Origin: Raillietiella orientalis
Lineage: Eukaryota
Assembly (NCBI GenBank): GCA_036172245.1
Contig: JAYWIR010000027.1
Span: 2,170,001 to 2,234,000, forward strand
Length of the DNA: 64,000 nt
Direction: 5' to 3'
Shown here: one piece after another, positions 10,401 through 23,400 of the stretch
Position numbering within the stretch: position 1 is the first letter of the stretch
Layout of the letters: each line of letters starts with the position of its first letter
The notes under the pieces: model-generated
What the model saw: the letters and a program-made list of their open reading frames with translations, nothing else
What the model was told of the DNA's origin: nothing
Database searches by the model: none
Translations under genes and position numbers: made by a program

Positions 10401-13134
10401 CTGCGCCTGCGAGTGTAGGTCGAAGCCTCGAGGGGTTTTCCTGCATCGCATTCGTCTCTCCGCTCGTCCGCCTGGTCAAACGAAATTTCACTTTCGGGAA
10501 AACGAAAATTGGTAGCCTAAATCCGCCGGAGAACTGCTGGAGGAAAAACTGGCGGTGTTTTTCTTCGCGCAGTGCAGCGCTCGCTGATTACAAAGTTTAC
10601 TCTTATTATTACGATTATTACGGGGCGACTTTCGCACACGCCAAGGGCTGCTGCTGCCCTTTTTTCGTCAAATGGTGCGGCAGTGCAGTGGGGTGCAGCG
10701 AGATGCCCGCCTGCACACGCGGCACATACCACCCTTTGAAGCCGTCGAGTCCTTTCTCGTTTCCAACGCCTGTCCGACTTAATACATCTCCAGGTAGTTC
10801 GAAACGGCGTTCCTCGGGGCCCGGAGGAGGGTTCCTTTTCGCCGGGTGCTTTCTCAATAGGGGAGGGACGACGAAGCGCTCGATCAATCCCCAACTTTCT
10901 TCTTGTCCTGATTAACTCACGCCGCTCCCCCCTCTTCTGTCCTTCCGCATTTGTGGAGAGCGCTCCCAGCATGCGTTGGAGAGCCGGTCCACCCGCGCCG
11001 GCGGCGACCTGGGGTGCACGAAAGACCTCGTTCCATGCAGTGGGTGCGGTGGCGGCGGCGGCGGCGGCGGCGCACCCCCGCCACCGCGGCTGTGCTCGGC
11101 GACCGCATAGTCGTCGCGTCCGCGAGGGGGTCCACGGCTGCTGCTGCGCAAGTTCCGGCCGGTCACCCGAAGACCGGAAGCAGCACGCCCTGTGGCTCGG
11201 GGGGGAGGCTGCGGCGGACACCGCCACCACCGGCGCGCGTCCCGTCGCAGCAGCAAAGCAACGGGGCCGCCGCTGCGAGGGCGAGAACCCCCAGCCGTTT
11301 CCGCAGAATCACGTGCGTGCGCGCGCGCACGCGCCCGTACGTGCGTGCGTGTGTGTGTGTGTCTCGGCTCGGCCCCCGGTGAGATCCGAATCTTTTCCGA
11401 GTCAGCCGCGTGAGGCGAGCTGCTCGCAACGCATGGGCGTGTATGCAGCGAACTTGTTCCTCCTCGTCGAGGCTCTCCCTCCGTCTCCCCGCCTTCGCCT
11501 GTACAGCGGAAGTACACCACGTGTGTGTATCCACGGAGAGACGCGCCCGCCCCGCTGGCGTTGATGGCGATGACGCTTCCGTCTTTTTTTTTTTTTTTTT
11601 TTCGCTTCCCTTTTTTTACCTCTCTCGTGAAAACCTGTCAGGCGCCCAGCGAGCGGGCGCGGAGACGACGACGCGCTTTCCCGGAGACACCACGTGGTTA
11701 CGTCCAGCGCCTCTTGCGAGCCGCCCGCGCCCGTGCGGGTGCAAACGGCTCGCGCGTGGCCCGTCCGGTCCTCCGACCACCCACCGACCATCCGTTTCCT
11801 GCTTGGCTCCCGATCGAAACCTGCTGCTTCCCCGCTGCTCCGGGACCTTGCGAAAGCTTCAAAAGTCTTCCGGTCACTACTGCCAGCCGCGAGGACGGTT
11901 TTTCCAACCCGCTTCTCCCCGCCGGCACCCTTATACGGACCCCGTGCCCTTTTATCCCGGGACGCTCGGCTCTCCTTCGAGGGAGGGTTCCAGACAGGCA
12001 GGACGCTGGGATGCAGCCTCTCTCGCTCTCCTAGGCGACTGCGCTTCGTGACGCACGCGCGGCCTCTGTTTCCACTCTTCTCTCAAACCTCGCTTGCTTT
12101 TTTGTTTTTCGTCTTTTTTGAGCGTGCGCTTTTTGAATAAGGTTAAAAATAGGCGAGGGAAAGGCAGGCGACAGATCTCCCCTCGCATGCGCACTTCGCA
12201 CCCTCCTTGGCCGCCGCAGACGCGCTCCCCTCCCTCCCAGCCCGACTTCTGCGGCCGTTTTTGGCTGGTGGACGGCGGCGGGCAGGTCAGAGACACGTCG
12301 TCTCCGGACCAGATGTTTTCCAGCTCCCGAGACGTCTACTCCTCCCTCCTTCCCCCCCCCCCCCCCTCTTTCTCGCACTCCGCTTAGAGGGAGGAGAAGA
12401 GTAGGCACCGCCTTCCCGAGCGAGGAAAAAAGTTCTCCTTCACGCCGCGGAGGGAAACGGGGGTGGCGCCACTGTATCCCCCTGCGGGGAGAGGGAAGGA
12501 AGCTGCCGGATCCCGGGCACGTCTAGACCACGATGACGACGACTTTCCTGCGGGAAGGAGGAGGAGGGGGAGGAGAGTCGCGCCACGCGACGGCGAGAAG
12601 GAATGTTTCCCTCCCTCCCCCTCCTCCTACGGCGAGACTTCTTCCCGATCTTCCTCCCGCGCCCTCGCGGATCCTCCCTATTTACTCGCCCCCGCCCGAG
12701 ATCATCAGGCGGGCGTCGGAGCCTGGCGACCAGACAAGCCCCCGGGACAGGCGCTCCAGTCGGCGCGAGCTCGCGGGCCCCGTCGGCAGCGATGCCGACG
12801 ATCTCGGCGGAGCGTGTCGCTCAGCGGGGTCGCCGGCCTGGCCCCGCCCTACGACGCGCCGGCGGAGCAGCTGACCGACGGACGGAGGCGCTCGGGCCCG
12901 CCCGGGGTGCTGCTACTTCTCCTCCTCCTCCTCGTCCTCGCAGGAGCGGGAGGGGTGCACCCGCAGCGGCGAGTCGGTTCGGGAGGTGGCATGGAAGCGG
13001 GGAGGCAGGGGAGCCCACGGCGTCCGGAGAGGACAGGGGCACCCTCGCGAACGCTCTGCTGCTGCTGCCTGCGACCAAGGTGGGCCGACCGCACCCCCTG
13101 CCGACCAGCAATCCTCTTGACCTCCAGAGAGTCG

Positions 13135-13410
13135 AAAAGAGGGAAACAAAGAAACGGAAACAAGGGGGAAGATGGGGAAGAGAGGAAAAAGAAGAGGAGG
13201 AACAAAAAGAAGAGGAAGAGCAGAAGGAGGAGGAAAAATGAGAAAAAAGGAAAAGAAAAAGATGAAGATGAAGGAGAATATGAAGATGATGAAGATGAAG
13301 AAGAAAGAAAAGAAGAAGGAGAAAATGATGATGATGATGATGAATGTGAACAAGAGAAAGAAGTTGAGGAAGGAAAAGAAGAGCAAAAAGCGGAAGAATA
13401 GGAAGAAAGG
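13135..13410 (+). repeat. Purine-rich cryptic (GAA/GAG/GAT)n tract
   Basis: About 275 nt almost entirely of A/G with GAT units; read directly. Confidence 0.9.
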
Positions 13411-14288
13411 TGTTTTTTCGGTTTGGAAATTCACGGGAACAGGATGCGTTCCTGTCAGGAAGCTCGGTGCTGCTTCCATCGGGGGTGCGTCGCGCTCCTG
13501 AACCGGGGAGCGAGCGAAGTCTCTTCGTTCGAGTCCTCTGCTCCTCCTCGTCGCGGCGCGAAAGCTGGACACCGGCTTTCCCGCGGGGAACCGCGGACGC
13601 AGCCACTCCGCCGGGAGGTCGGGGTTCAAGGGCTTCAGAACCCCTCTGCTCCAGGGTCCCGGTTTTCTCCACGCAGGAGGCGCTTCGCCCGCTTTGGACC
13701 GCTCCCCCGTACAGTTGTCAGTTGCGCGCTTCCTCGCTGACTCCTACGCCCAGCTGCCCTCGTGCGATCAACCCGCCCGGGTGGCCAGCCATGCACTCCA
13801 CCAGGACCAGCGTTCCTGGCCCCGTGCAAGTGCACTGTTGCCTCTCGGGAAGAAGGAGATCCAGCGGTTGCCTAGGTGACCGCCCCCGCCACTCGCTGCT
13901 GACCGAGGGAAGCGCTGACGCTCCTCCGAGCTTCTTCGGCGTGCGCTCACTTCCTCCCCTATCCCCTTCGAAGACGGGTTCCTCCTGCGCATCACTGGAC
14001 GTTCCTTTGGATATGGTACGGCGGCATCGCCGCGCTTTCCTCTGTCATCGTTTCTCTGCCCGTGGCGCTCTCCGTGTCCTTCCGCGCTTGTGCGGGTACT
14101 GCGGAGCTCAAGGCAGTCCCGACCCCAGAGGAAAAAGGCGCGAAAACTCCGGGAGCACAGCGAGAGCTGCCGAACCCTAGAGCGGGTTTCAAGACGTAGA
14201 GGCTGCTTCCCGAACAGTCCAGCATCCGAATCTGCCCCCCCCCCAAGAGCGCGAGCGCCATCAGGGTAAGAAGTGCTTCTCCGTCCTC

Positions 14289-14483
14289 TGTGCTTCCGTG
14301 ATTTCTTCTTTTTCTTCTTCCTCTTCCTATTCCTCTTCTTATTCTTCTCCATCTTCTTTTTCTTTTCCTTCTTCCTCATCTTCGTCGTCTTCTTCTTCTT
14401 CATCCTCCCCTTCCTCTTCTCTTCCTTCTTTTTCATCATCTTTCCCCTTTTCCTCCTCGCCTTCTTCTTCTTGTGCTTCCGTG
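14289..14483 (-). repeat. 171-nt (TTC/CTC)-rich tract (14301-14471) flanked by the 12-bp direct repeat TGTGCTTCCGTG
   Basis: Identical 12-mers at 14289-14300 and 14472-14483. Confidence 0.85.
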
Positions 14484-17400
14484 GATCCACTTGGGAGGAT
14501 GGATCCTCCACTTCCGAGGAGAAGCATCCAAGGGAGGATGCTTGTCCTCGGATTCCAACCGGAAGAACAGTCGGCGCTTCTTCCCTTTTTCGTTTTTGGA
14601 GTGCCGAATCCGCTTCCGGCCATCCATGACCCCGCTGCGTGACGCCAGGACAGCGCCTCCGTGGGGCGAGGGAGGGGATGAGGGATCCACCCGCGAGTTC
14701 TTTCCAGAGTCTTGTCCTCTTAGGGGAACTCTCTCATTCCTGTAGAGTAATGGCCACCCGGAAAAGGGAGGAGACCCTCACGGGTGAGTAGCCAGCAAGA
14801 GACTCGTTGCTGAAGGTATGCCGGGGCAGACCAGCGGTCAGCCACATTCCTCTTTGTCCCCTTCCCCCCAGCGAGTAGAATCAGGGGAGGAGGGGGAGAG
14901 GGCCGACAACTCTGCAGCGGTGTGACCGGATGAGATCGCTGCCCTGTCTGGGGCAGGGGACGCCCGCGACTCGTCCGCGACGGTGTCGGCCGAACTGAGA
15001 CGTCTCGGAGAGAGCGTTGATCTCTCCAGGTGTGCGGCTGTGAGTGCAGCGCCCTCCCTTGGGGCCGGCTGCACACATCACCTTCCCCTCCCCGGCTCTT
15101 CTGCGCGCCAGCCGGGCTGTACGCCTTCAAGAATGGGAGGTGCTGGAAGATCGGGCGGCGTGACCAAATGCTGCTGAAGCGGGTGGGGAGGTTCTCCGTG
15201 GCTTCTTTTTTGGAGAGGGAAAGAGGAGGCCAGAAGGGACCTCACGGGGGGATCGGCACTCTTGGACGAGGGACGACGGAAATCCTTCAGGGTTCTCTTC
15301 CTGTTCTGGAGGTGGGACACTGGAGAGGTGTCAGTTCACCAGCTCCGTGGTCCCCCGACGGATGGTTCCATCAACCGCGATAAAGGAAGGGGAGGGAGCT
15401 CCATTTGCGCAACCAGAGGGGATTCTCGAAGGCTCCTTGATTCCTGGAAGGACCCCCGAGGGTCATCAGCTTCCAATCCCGGCCAGTCGACGGGAACATC
15501 CGGCTTTCCACCAGCGCCGCACGCGAAGCCAACCGAGGGCAACCAGCGCCATCCTGTGGGAGGGACTGCGAACTGCGGTCGACGCTCCGTGCCACGCGCG
15601 CTGACCTCAGCCTCGCCCACACGGGCTTGGCATTCGAAAGGAGGGGCACCTCGGTCACCAAGCACCGTACTCGGCCCATCCCGAGACGTTCGCGAGGCCA
15701 TGTGCTGGTAGCGCCATGAGTTGGCCGCGCTGCACGAGGAATCGTCCGGCCGGCGGCAGCCGAACATCGGACCACCTTCGAACGCATCCCGGATTTTCAG
15801 CATCCAGCCGCTCCCCCCGCCGCCTATTCGCCAGATCTGTTGCCACCGTTGCCTCTCCGTGGTCTGGCGTTGCCGTGTGGAGACGCAACGGAACATGGTA
15901 GATGTGCAGGGGCACTGAATATACATCAAGGGAGGTCGGAGACGTCGGATCACTGATTGGTACTGTCGATGTGGGCATTCCGTATTGAACTCTGGAAGAA
16001 GAAGAAGAAAATCCAGCCTTGCAATTATCCCAGAAAACCCTCTAGAAAAAAATAGGCGACTCGTAACTCTCGGTTGCACCATGGGCGATCGATCTTCCTC
16101 TGCAAACAGGCCTGTAAACTAGACACCTTCTTTTGTTCTTCTTTTCCTGCTATTTCTTGCAGTACACCTCGTGTAGCAAAGATACATAATTGGTAGGTAT
16201 CTCGCATAAAAAGGAAAAATATCGACAGAAATAGGACTTCAAAAAATTAATTGGGATGCACTTTTTTGTTTCCCTTTCGCAAGGAGGTAAAGAAAACACG
16301 AGGAAGTTTTTTTTTTTTTTTTTTTAAAAAAAGTTTTCGTTTCCATTAGATTTCTAAACAGAAATGCTAAAGAGGGGGTAAGGGGAGGGGGTGCATTTTG
16401 TCACAAAATTCTAGAATGTGCTCGTGAAGATTGTCATGTACTTGGTCCTTCTACGCCGATAAACTGGTGCGTTTGTTCACGTGCTAATTGAAGAAATGGA
16501 AATTCTATTTCCTTTTGATGTTTCCTTTTGAAAACACGGCAAAGTGTGCGTTCTCAGATGCACCCATAGCAACGTCCCTTCTTCGATCTGCTTCTTCCAT
16601 CAAGCTCCACGCGACCGTAGCCGTGAGGTCGGTTCGCCATGTTCCTGCAGCACGCCCGTAGCCTAAGCAGCGGAGGGCAACAATGAGACAGCGCTTGCTT
16701 CCTTGCATTGCATTGTCACCAGCGAACGGCGTTGCCGTGAGAACCGGGAAAAAGACTCAGCTGTGCCTCGAGGTTCCCAAAGGATTGGGCACTGGCCTTG
16801 GGTCTTCGTTTCTTCTGGGGTGCTCACAGGATCGTGCTCTTTTCCACCGAGGCTTTCCACCCATGAGGGTGAACCCCAAGCAGAGATGAATTGGTGCTAG
16901 CCAAGCCGCCAGCCAAGCTCCTCCCCGTTAGGAAGCAGCCTTAGGGATGGGCACGACCACTTGTACGTGTTCGCAAACATGGAGTACCCGTCCTCAATCT
17001 CACCGGTAATGAACCACCTTTTCTCATTTAAAATTCGTATGCGTTCCCCTGCGCCCTCCATACACAGGAAGTGAGTGACGCCCGTGGCGAGCGACCACTG
17101 GATGTCCAGTCATCTTCCTTTCCTTTTTTTTTTTTTTTTTCGAGCACAGGATGCCGTTCGGAATCGTTCATCGAAAAAAAGTTCAAAGAAGAAGCCGAAA
17201 ATAGACGCCTCTGCAAACTAAACAACAACAGTGTTCTCTATCAAGGTCAGGCCTCCTCAGAAGAGTGAGCCAAGGAGGCGGCATACCACATTTCCGAATC
17301 GAATTGCCTCTCCTCCTCCCTTTCCACCCGTTTGCTTCTAGAGACCGTTCTAGCATGGGACAACCATCTCGCCCAAGGGGGGTTGAATCCCTAAAAGGCA

Positions 17401-17499
17401 GGAATGCCTCCGAGGTTCCAGGAAAGACTTTTCGCTTCTCTCCGCGTAGTGTGCGAGCAAACCAACCCGACTTGCAGCCGGCGCTTTCCCGAATTTCTG

Positions 17500-20400
17500 T
17501 GAGGAGGCAGAGCAGCGTTTCCCTTCTCCCTCCCTCCTCGGATGATGGTGGGAGAACTCGAGAGGACAGAGATCTGGACCTTACTTAAATGACGAGACGG
17601 AGGGACGCACCGAGAGCGACAGCTGGAGGGATTCGTCCCGGTGGAGGGCGGGGTGGGGAAGTGGGCGCCGCGTGCTTCCTTCCATTTTTCTCCTCCTCCT
17701 CCCCTGTAGTGCAGGGCAAACTTTTATCACCTGGCTGCCATGGCAACTTGGCACGGATTTAGGCAGTGAAAGCGGCAGCTCCACGCTACCGGTTCGACGA
17801 GGAGGTGAGTCTTGGTGTGTCGTATGGAGGGAGCTCCAGAGCTGCTGCGGTGCGGCGGTGACTTCTCGAGTTGGACCCGGGAATGGAGGTGGAAGCAAAA
17901 GGAGAAGAGAGGTCTTCTCCTCCCGTGATGCGATTGATTAGTCCAAGAGGCCGGATCATCCGATCCGAGAGACTCTCGATAATCGCACCCGTTCTTTCTC
18001 GCTCTCGCGTAACCTCACCGGGAGACGGCGATGCCTTCGAGGGGGGAGAGTTTCGCTGTCCCGCAGGGTCGACCACACCTTCCGACCCGAGCGGGAGGCA
18101 TGCCTTCGGAGATACCCTGCCTCCCCCTCTGCGTCGCTCGACTCGCTCGCTCCGCCGCGTGCGGAGACGCTCCCCTCCCCCTCCTCTTCCTCCTATAAGG
18201 AAAACCCGGGACGGATGCTCCGGGAACGGGCGGACGGACGCCGTTGGAGGAGGGAGGCGCGCATGGCGAGTGGGGTGCGATCGATGGCTCGGAGGAAGAA
18301 GGCGAAGGGGGAGACGGCACTGCTCCTCCCTACTTCCTCTCCTCGCTCTCCCTCCCGGCAGCCCCGTTAGGGAAACGAGCGGACCAGATTCGTTCCGGCT
18401 GCTGGGACGGCGCGCTTCTCCCGACGGCGGGAACAAGTCTCCCTCCCTCTTCTTCAAAAAAAGACGTCCGGCCGGGAAGTGCAGCCGCTCTCATGGCAGG
18501 TCATTCCCCTTTTCTCCCTCTTCATCTCTCCTCTTCCTTTCCCTTCCTACTTTTTTTTTTTCTTTCTGCCTGCTTCGCGTTTTTTTTTCCCTTCGCTCCT
18601 GTCCGTAAGGCGCAGGCGAGGGGACCTCTCGCCGGAGCAGCGAGGAGACTCGTCTGCGGTCCATCCGAGGCGGACAGAGGTTGGCCGAACGAGGGAACCC
18701 AGAATGCCTCGGAGGAGTGCAACCCCACGGCCCTCCTCCTCCTCCTACGCACATCCGAGCGGCCCCACCCGCTCCCGGTTTTGCCCCCCGTCCATCTTTT
18801 CCTCTTTACCACGAAATGGCGTTGCGAACCTCGAAAGGGAGACCATCGTCCCCGAGAACCGGGAGGGAGGATGGAGGGGGTAAATGGAGTTCCCTTCTCT
18901 TTCCCGCCCCCCTCCTCCTCCCAATTCTTTCGCTGATTGCGCGCGCGCGTCGCGAGAGATTGTGATGCCGCGTGGACGCCAACGAGCGCGTTGCCGTGCG
19001 TGGAGGCGCGAGGTTTCCCCTCCCCCCCCCGCCAGACAGCGGAAGGCAAGCGATCGGGACATCCCAGTGGTCAATCGCGATCTTACCGCTACGCCCTTCC
19101 CAAGGGGAGCGAGCTCAAAAACGACCCCCGATTGTCGAACACAACGCGTTCGCCTCGCTTTGGCAGTAAGCGGTTGGGGTAGTCTCGTCTTTGGGGGAGG
19201 CACGCGAAGGGTCCCGGAGCTCAGTCTAGCTGGGGAGTTGGCTGTTCTTGGACCTCTCCCCCCCTTTCTCTCTGCGCCTCTGGAACATTCATCCGATAAA
19301 CGGCCTTTCCCTGTCACAAGGGGGCGTTCTTCGCGCCTCAGACACCTCAACGGGAAGCTTCCCGATAGCAGAAGGGTGCGAGCCGCAGGGATCAGAGTGA
19401 GCTCGGTTGCCTGATGGGGGGTGGGGGGAGATGGAGGAGGCCTACCGGAGCAACCCGCTTTCTCGTCCCGGAGCCGGGAAGACGGACGTACCCTTTCCCC
19501 AGGACGAGAACGAGGAGCAGAAGGATTGCATTTACTCCCAGACGGGAGTAAGCGCAGCTCTGCGCTTGAGAGCAGCATGAAAGGCAGCATCGCCGGCACA
19601 AGGCACGCATCCACAGCCACTAACCGATTCCACGTGCATGTCGCCAGCGCTTCTTCCCGGAAGTGTATGCGAGCCCCGAGGCATTCCGCTACCTGGAGAG
19701 CTCAGCCCGGGGGGGAACGATTTCCACCCGACATGAGGGCCGAGACCTACGGCTGCAACAGCGGCGATCGCCTTCCCAGACGCGTGTGCAGAGGAACGCG
19801 ACGGCGCTGGGTGCGCGCGAACGCCGTCCACCCCCTCCTCTTCCATTGTTGCCGCGATCACATTGTTGTCCGAAGCAAAATTTTTCGGTTAGCCTACGTC
19901 ACCGCGTGCCGTTCTGCTTCCATCTTGGCCCGTCTGAAAACGCAAACGACCGCAGCGGGTCAGCAGCAATAAAATCTTTCCGAAAGTGCTGTTATCCGGA
20001 AAGACAACGCAGGCCGTGATTTACCAGCCGTGACGGCCGCTTCGACTTCCAGCTCGCCAACGTGATGCCGTTGTCGCGCCCGCCGCTTCGATACAACAAG
20101 TGAGTGAAGTGCCAGCTGCATCTCCTCGATGGTTCGTAAGTTTGTTGTGCTCTTTCCCCAATCCGCTTTCTGTGGTTGATGGGCGTTCCTCTCAGCAAAT
20201 GGTCTTTCTAGAAACTTGTTCGCTCCTGTTGGAGGTCTTAAGAACGTGATAAACATTGGCGAATCCATTCTCTCTGCCTTCTCTTACCCCGTGGGATGGC
20301 TTGATGGATTGGTGGAAACCAACTTCATTGATAGTTGGATTTCTTGGGATCACAAATGCGAAAATCACGTGCCCTGTTTAAAGAACGTAATCTCGTATGT
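17500..20400 (+). mobile_element. Degenerate L1/Tx1-like RT relic (element B); limits approximate
   Basis: SSPRTG ~18846 (SPGPDG), RDIPVVNRD 19055 (RPISLLNxD), LFLDLSPPF 19242 (FLDLxKAF), NPLS 19452 (DPLS), FRYLE 19684 (FxYLG), GGL 20231, all in order. Confidence 0.6.
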
Positions 20401-23400
20401 GTGTGTGAGTCTGTGCTGTTCCCAGGTATACCGCTGATACCGTACACATACACACACACACTTGTACAATTTCATGGTGGAACAGTGGGGTGCTCCTGTC
20501 GCTGTTCGCTGCTTCATTTGAACTGAGTCACCTCAATTCAAGCACCATGTCCAAGCACCAAATTTCGTTTTGAGTGGAAAATTAGTTCACGGACAGTAAT
20601 AGTTTATTATGACCGTAGTCTTCTACAGGAGCACACGCATCTGATTTTGAATCTTCCAGTTTTTTCAGGCTAAGGTTTCCGGAACCTCTACATTATCGCT
20701 CCAACCAGCCGGAAACGAGTCCTTTGCTTTTTTATCCTTACAAGTGCTTCAGAGACTTCTATCCTTTGGAATCAACTTATAAATACATGTTCTTCGCTGG
20801 TCTAAAATGCTCTCTTTTTGTCTTGGAATTTCTTTCACTTGATTTAGACTCATGGGCACCCAAACATTCGCTTCTTAAGTACGATTGCATGTACACAATT
20901 GCCTTTTCTCTACAGGAGGTTTTTTTTTTTTTTTTTTATACTCTCAAGAAACCTCGCTATTCGCATTCAGTAATATCATCTCTAACGAGGTCTTTGCAAT
21001 TCTCTGGTGCCAAGTCATGATGTTTCCTTCACAAGGTGACTTTATTCTTACAGGAAACCTCAGTGCGCACTTTCCTTTTTGTTCAAGGATCCATCCATAC
21101 TTAGACATGTGTGAACGAAGGGGCCGCAAGACACACATACATGTGCAATGTGGCATCTGCATTGTTATTTTTAATATCCTAAAATACATGTAATGGGAAA
21201 CAGCATTTCCGGGCTCTTTTGGAAATTTCAATATCAATACTTTGGGGAGGGAGGGGGGGGGAGCGTGTTCCTACATGGCCTAAACACCGCTCGGTTATTT
21301 TCGGCATTATATCTCTGTAGTAATCAGTTTACGCTCTCAGCTGGCTGATCTCTTTACCAGTTGGATGCCAGTTTTCATCGTTTCAAAGCACTAGGCAATC
21401 CGATATAGTGTTCCACTTTGGTTATGGAAGGCGCTACCACCGTTCTCTGCTTCTTTACACCAAAAAAAGACAACAGAGGCGCGTGTATGCAAAATAAAAC
21501 TCTTCTTCTAGAAACATCACGAAATTTCAGTTGGAGAGCTACGGTTATGGTGGTGCTCCATGAAATATTTCCGAATGCAACCTTTTTCCTAAACCATTTG
21601 GTCTGATTTATGGCAATGACCGCAATCCAAGCTATGCTTTTTTAAATTTGGGACCACGACAGATATCAGTCCATTTTCATTCCTGTTTTCCTGAAAGCCG
21701 TTCTGAATGTTTCGTGTCTGAAACAGAGGAAACCCATCTGTGCGTTCCAGGATCCAAATTCTCGAATCTGATTAACCCAATCCGGAATTCTTTACGTAAA
21801 AAAATCTTGCCCAGTTAGGAATCTCACTAGAAAAAAATCATTCCATTACTTGCTTGTGCATGAGTGAAACCGGTTTCACAATCATCATCTATTGCCATTA
21901 GGATAACCGACTGCAACCTTAAATTACTCATTTCCTAGCACTGATTCCTTCGTGATGGATTTCACTTCTTATGCAGTAGAACATCTCCGTCTTCTTTACT
22001 CACTTGATGGGATGCTGGTGAAAACCATTCGTGCTTTGCTATCTAGGTTCTTTCTTTCATGATTCCAGCAGCTTGTCAGAGAGTGTGCGGATGCTGACGA
22101 AAGTTCTGGTTTGTTCTCTGTGTTTCTTTTGGAAGCGATTATGTAGGTACCCAGATCACATTCCCATTATTCTTCGACATTAGTCCCAAGGAGCAATGTG
22201 ACAATCCAACGGGCAAAAGGAACGCTCGATCTACGGTTCAGAATGCAATTAAGTATCGAAACACCAGCATGCTGTTTGCATATCCGAAAATCATTTCATT
22301 GTGATTGTTTTTCCGTTAAGGATGCCTGCTACAGTCTTTAGAGGTGCTCAAGATCATGAGAGAATGAGATCCCATTGGTGTTTTACGAATGCCTTTCCAT
22401 TTATAAATTACTAGTGTTACCATGGGTTTGTGTGGTGCTTCTAAGAGGCGCAGCAGCTTGAGCGAAAATACGGAGCAAAAGCTTCATAAACAGCAAATTT
22501 GAGCATAAACGGTTGCAGAAATATCACTCAGTTGCAAATGAGCCCGCTCGATTGGTGAAATAAATCAGCACGAGACTCTGGGAAGGGGGAAAAAAAATTT
22601 TCCCACGAAAAGGAAAATCTTCAAAACTGAAATTCGGTACAAAATGTCGCACTTGATGATCCACTGAAGCCATCGCGAATGGCAAAGTCACATACATCCA
22701 GGGCTCGCGGCTTCCCTGCTAGTTAAAGACCTCTGCTGGTGTTGACAGTGTTGCATGTTAAGTGACTTTCAATTTTAGTGTTGTTTGCGAAAGTGCTTCC
22801 TTGCAGTATGGAAAATCTTAACACGTAAATTGCGAACTTTTCGTATTTATATACTGTCTTTGTGAACAGCCGCTTTTGCAAGAGCTCTTCATGTCTACCA
22901 CGTACGGTCACCGATTCATGAAATGGTTTGCGTATTCAATGCATTGCGATGTAAAACCGTGAAGCTCAGTGTAGACTAAATATAATGCAACATTTGAATA
23001 GGTTTTAAGTCCTTGTGAACGCACGGAGCTCCTTTTCGACTTTTCCTAAAAGGCTAGTGGCATATTATGAGACTCATAAACGGCACCGCAGTCGGGTACT
23101 CACGCTTACTAAACTGTCCCAACTTTTTGTTGAAGTTCAGAACTGATTTCCTCCTGCAGTGTAAATGTTTACCGCGAGCCAGTTGATGACTAGTAACGCT
23201 ATGACTGCAAACCTTTTCCTCTTCCTGCTAAAAACACGAAGAGCTAGGTACTCTACAGTAAGCCTGCGGATGCCCTATTTCACACGTGTAACTCTAGTAC
23301 ACAGCGAGCAGTTTAAAGTTCATTGACTTCTGCGGGAACACCAAGTCCATGAGCGCGGCGTGGATCGGCAAGTTTTGGGTAACCTTTTCACCCACGTTAC

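Larger units (their letters stand above)
12500..15900 (+). mobile_element. Highly degenerate L1/Tx1-like non-LTR retrotransposon ORF2 relic (element A); limits approximate
   Basis: Motif remnants in the expected order across frameshifts: FLRE 12545 (LQE), IYSP 12680 (YAP), GSPDPRG 14112 (SPGPDG), PRRSI 14514 (PGRSI), CPL 14713 (QGCPLS), YAG 14817 (YADD), CLG 14945 (YLG), LPWGRL 15055 (LSxxGR), LFWRGK 15205, GGIG 15246 (GGLG). Each match is weak alone; the order and spacing are the evidence. Confidence 0.55.

Noticed and set aside
6649..12400. Many overlapping 200-430 aa ORFs on both strands
   Set aside because: Arg/Pro/Ala/Gly-rich in all frames with no recognisable domain; expected from stop-codon scarcity at high GC.
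12463..13401. ORF with basic/acidic tail resembling a nucleolar or chaperone protein
   Set aside because: The K/E/D tail is simply the translated GAA-type tract, and other frames show endonuclease-like remnants.
14746..14783. Exon-like segment (TAG|...ATGGCC...|GTGAGT), with a similar one near 17715-17804
   Set aside because: No recognisable product, no phase-compatible link to PGM, and it lies within the RT relic; probably chance splice signals.
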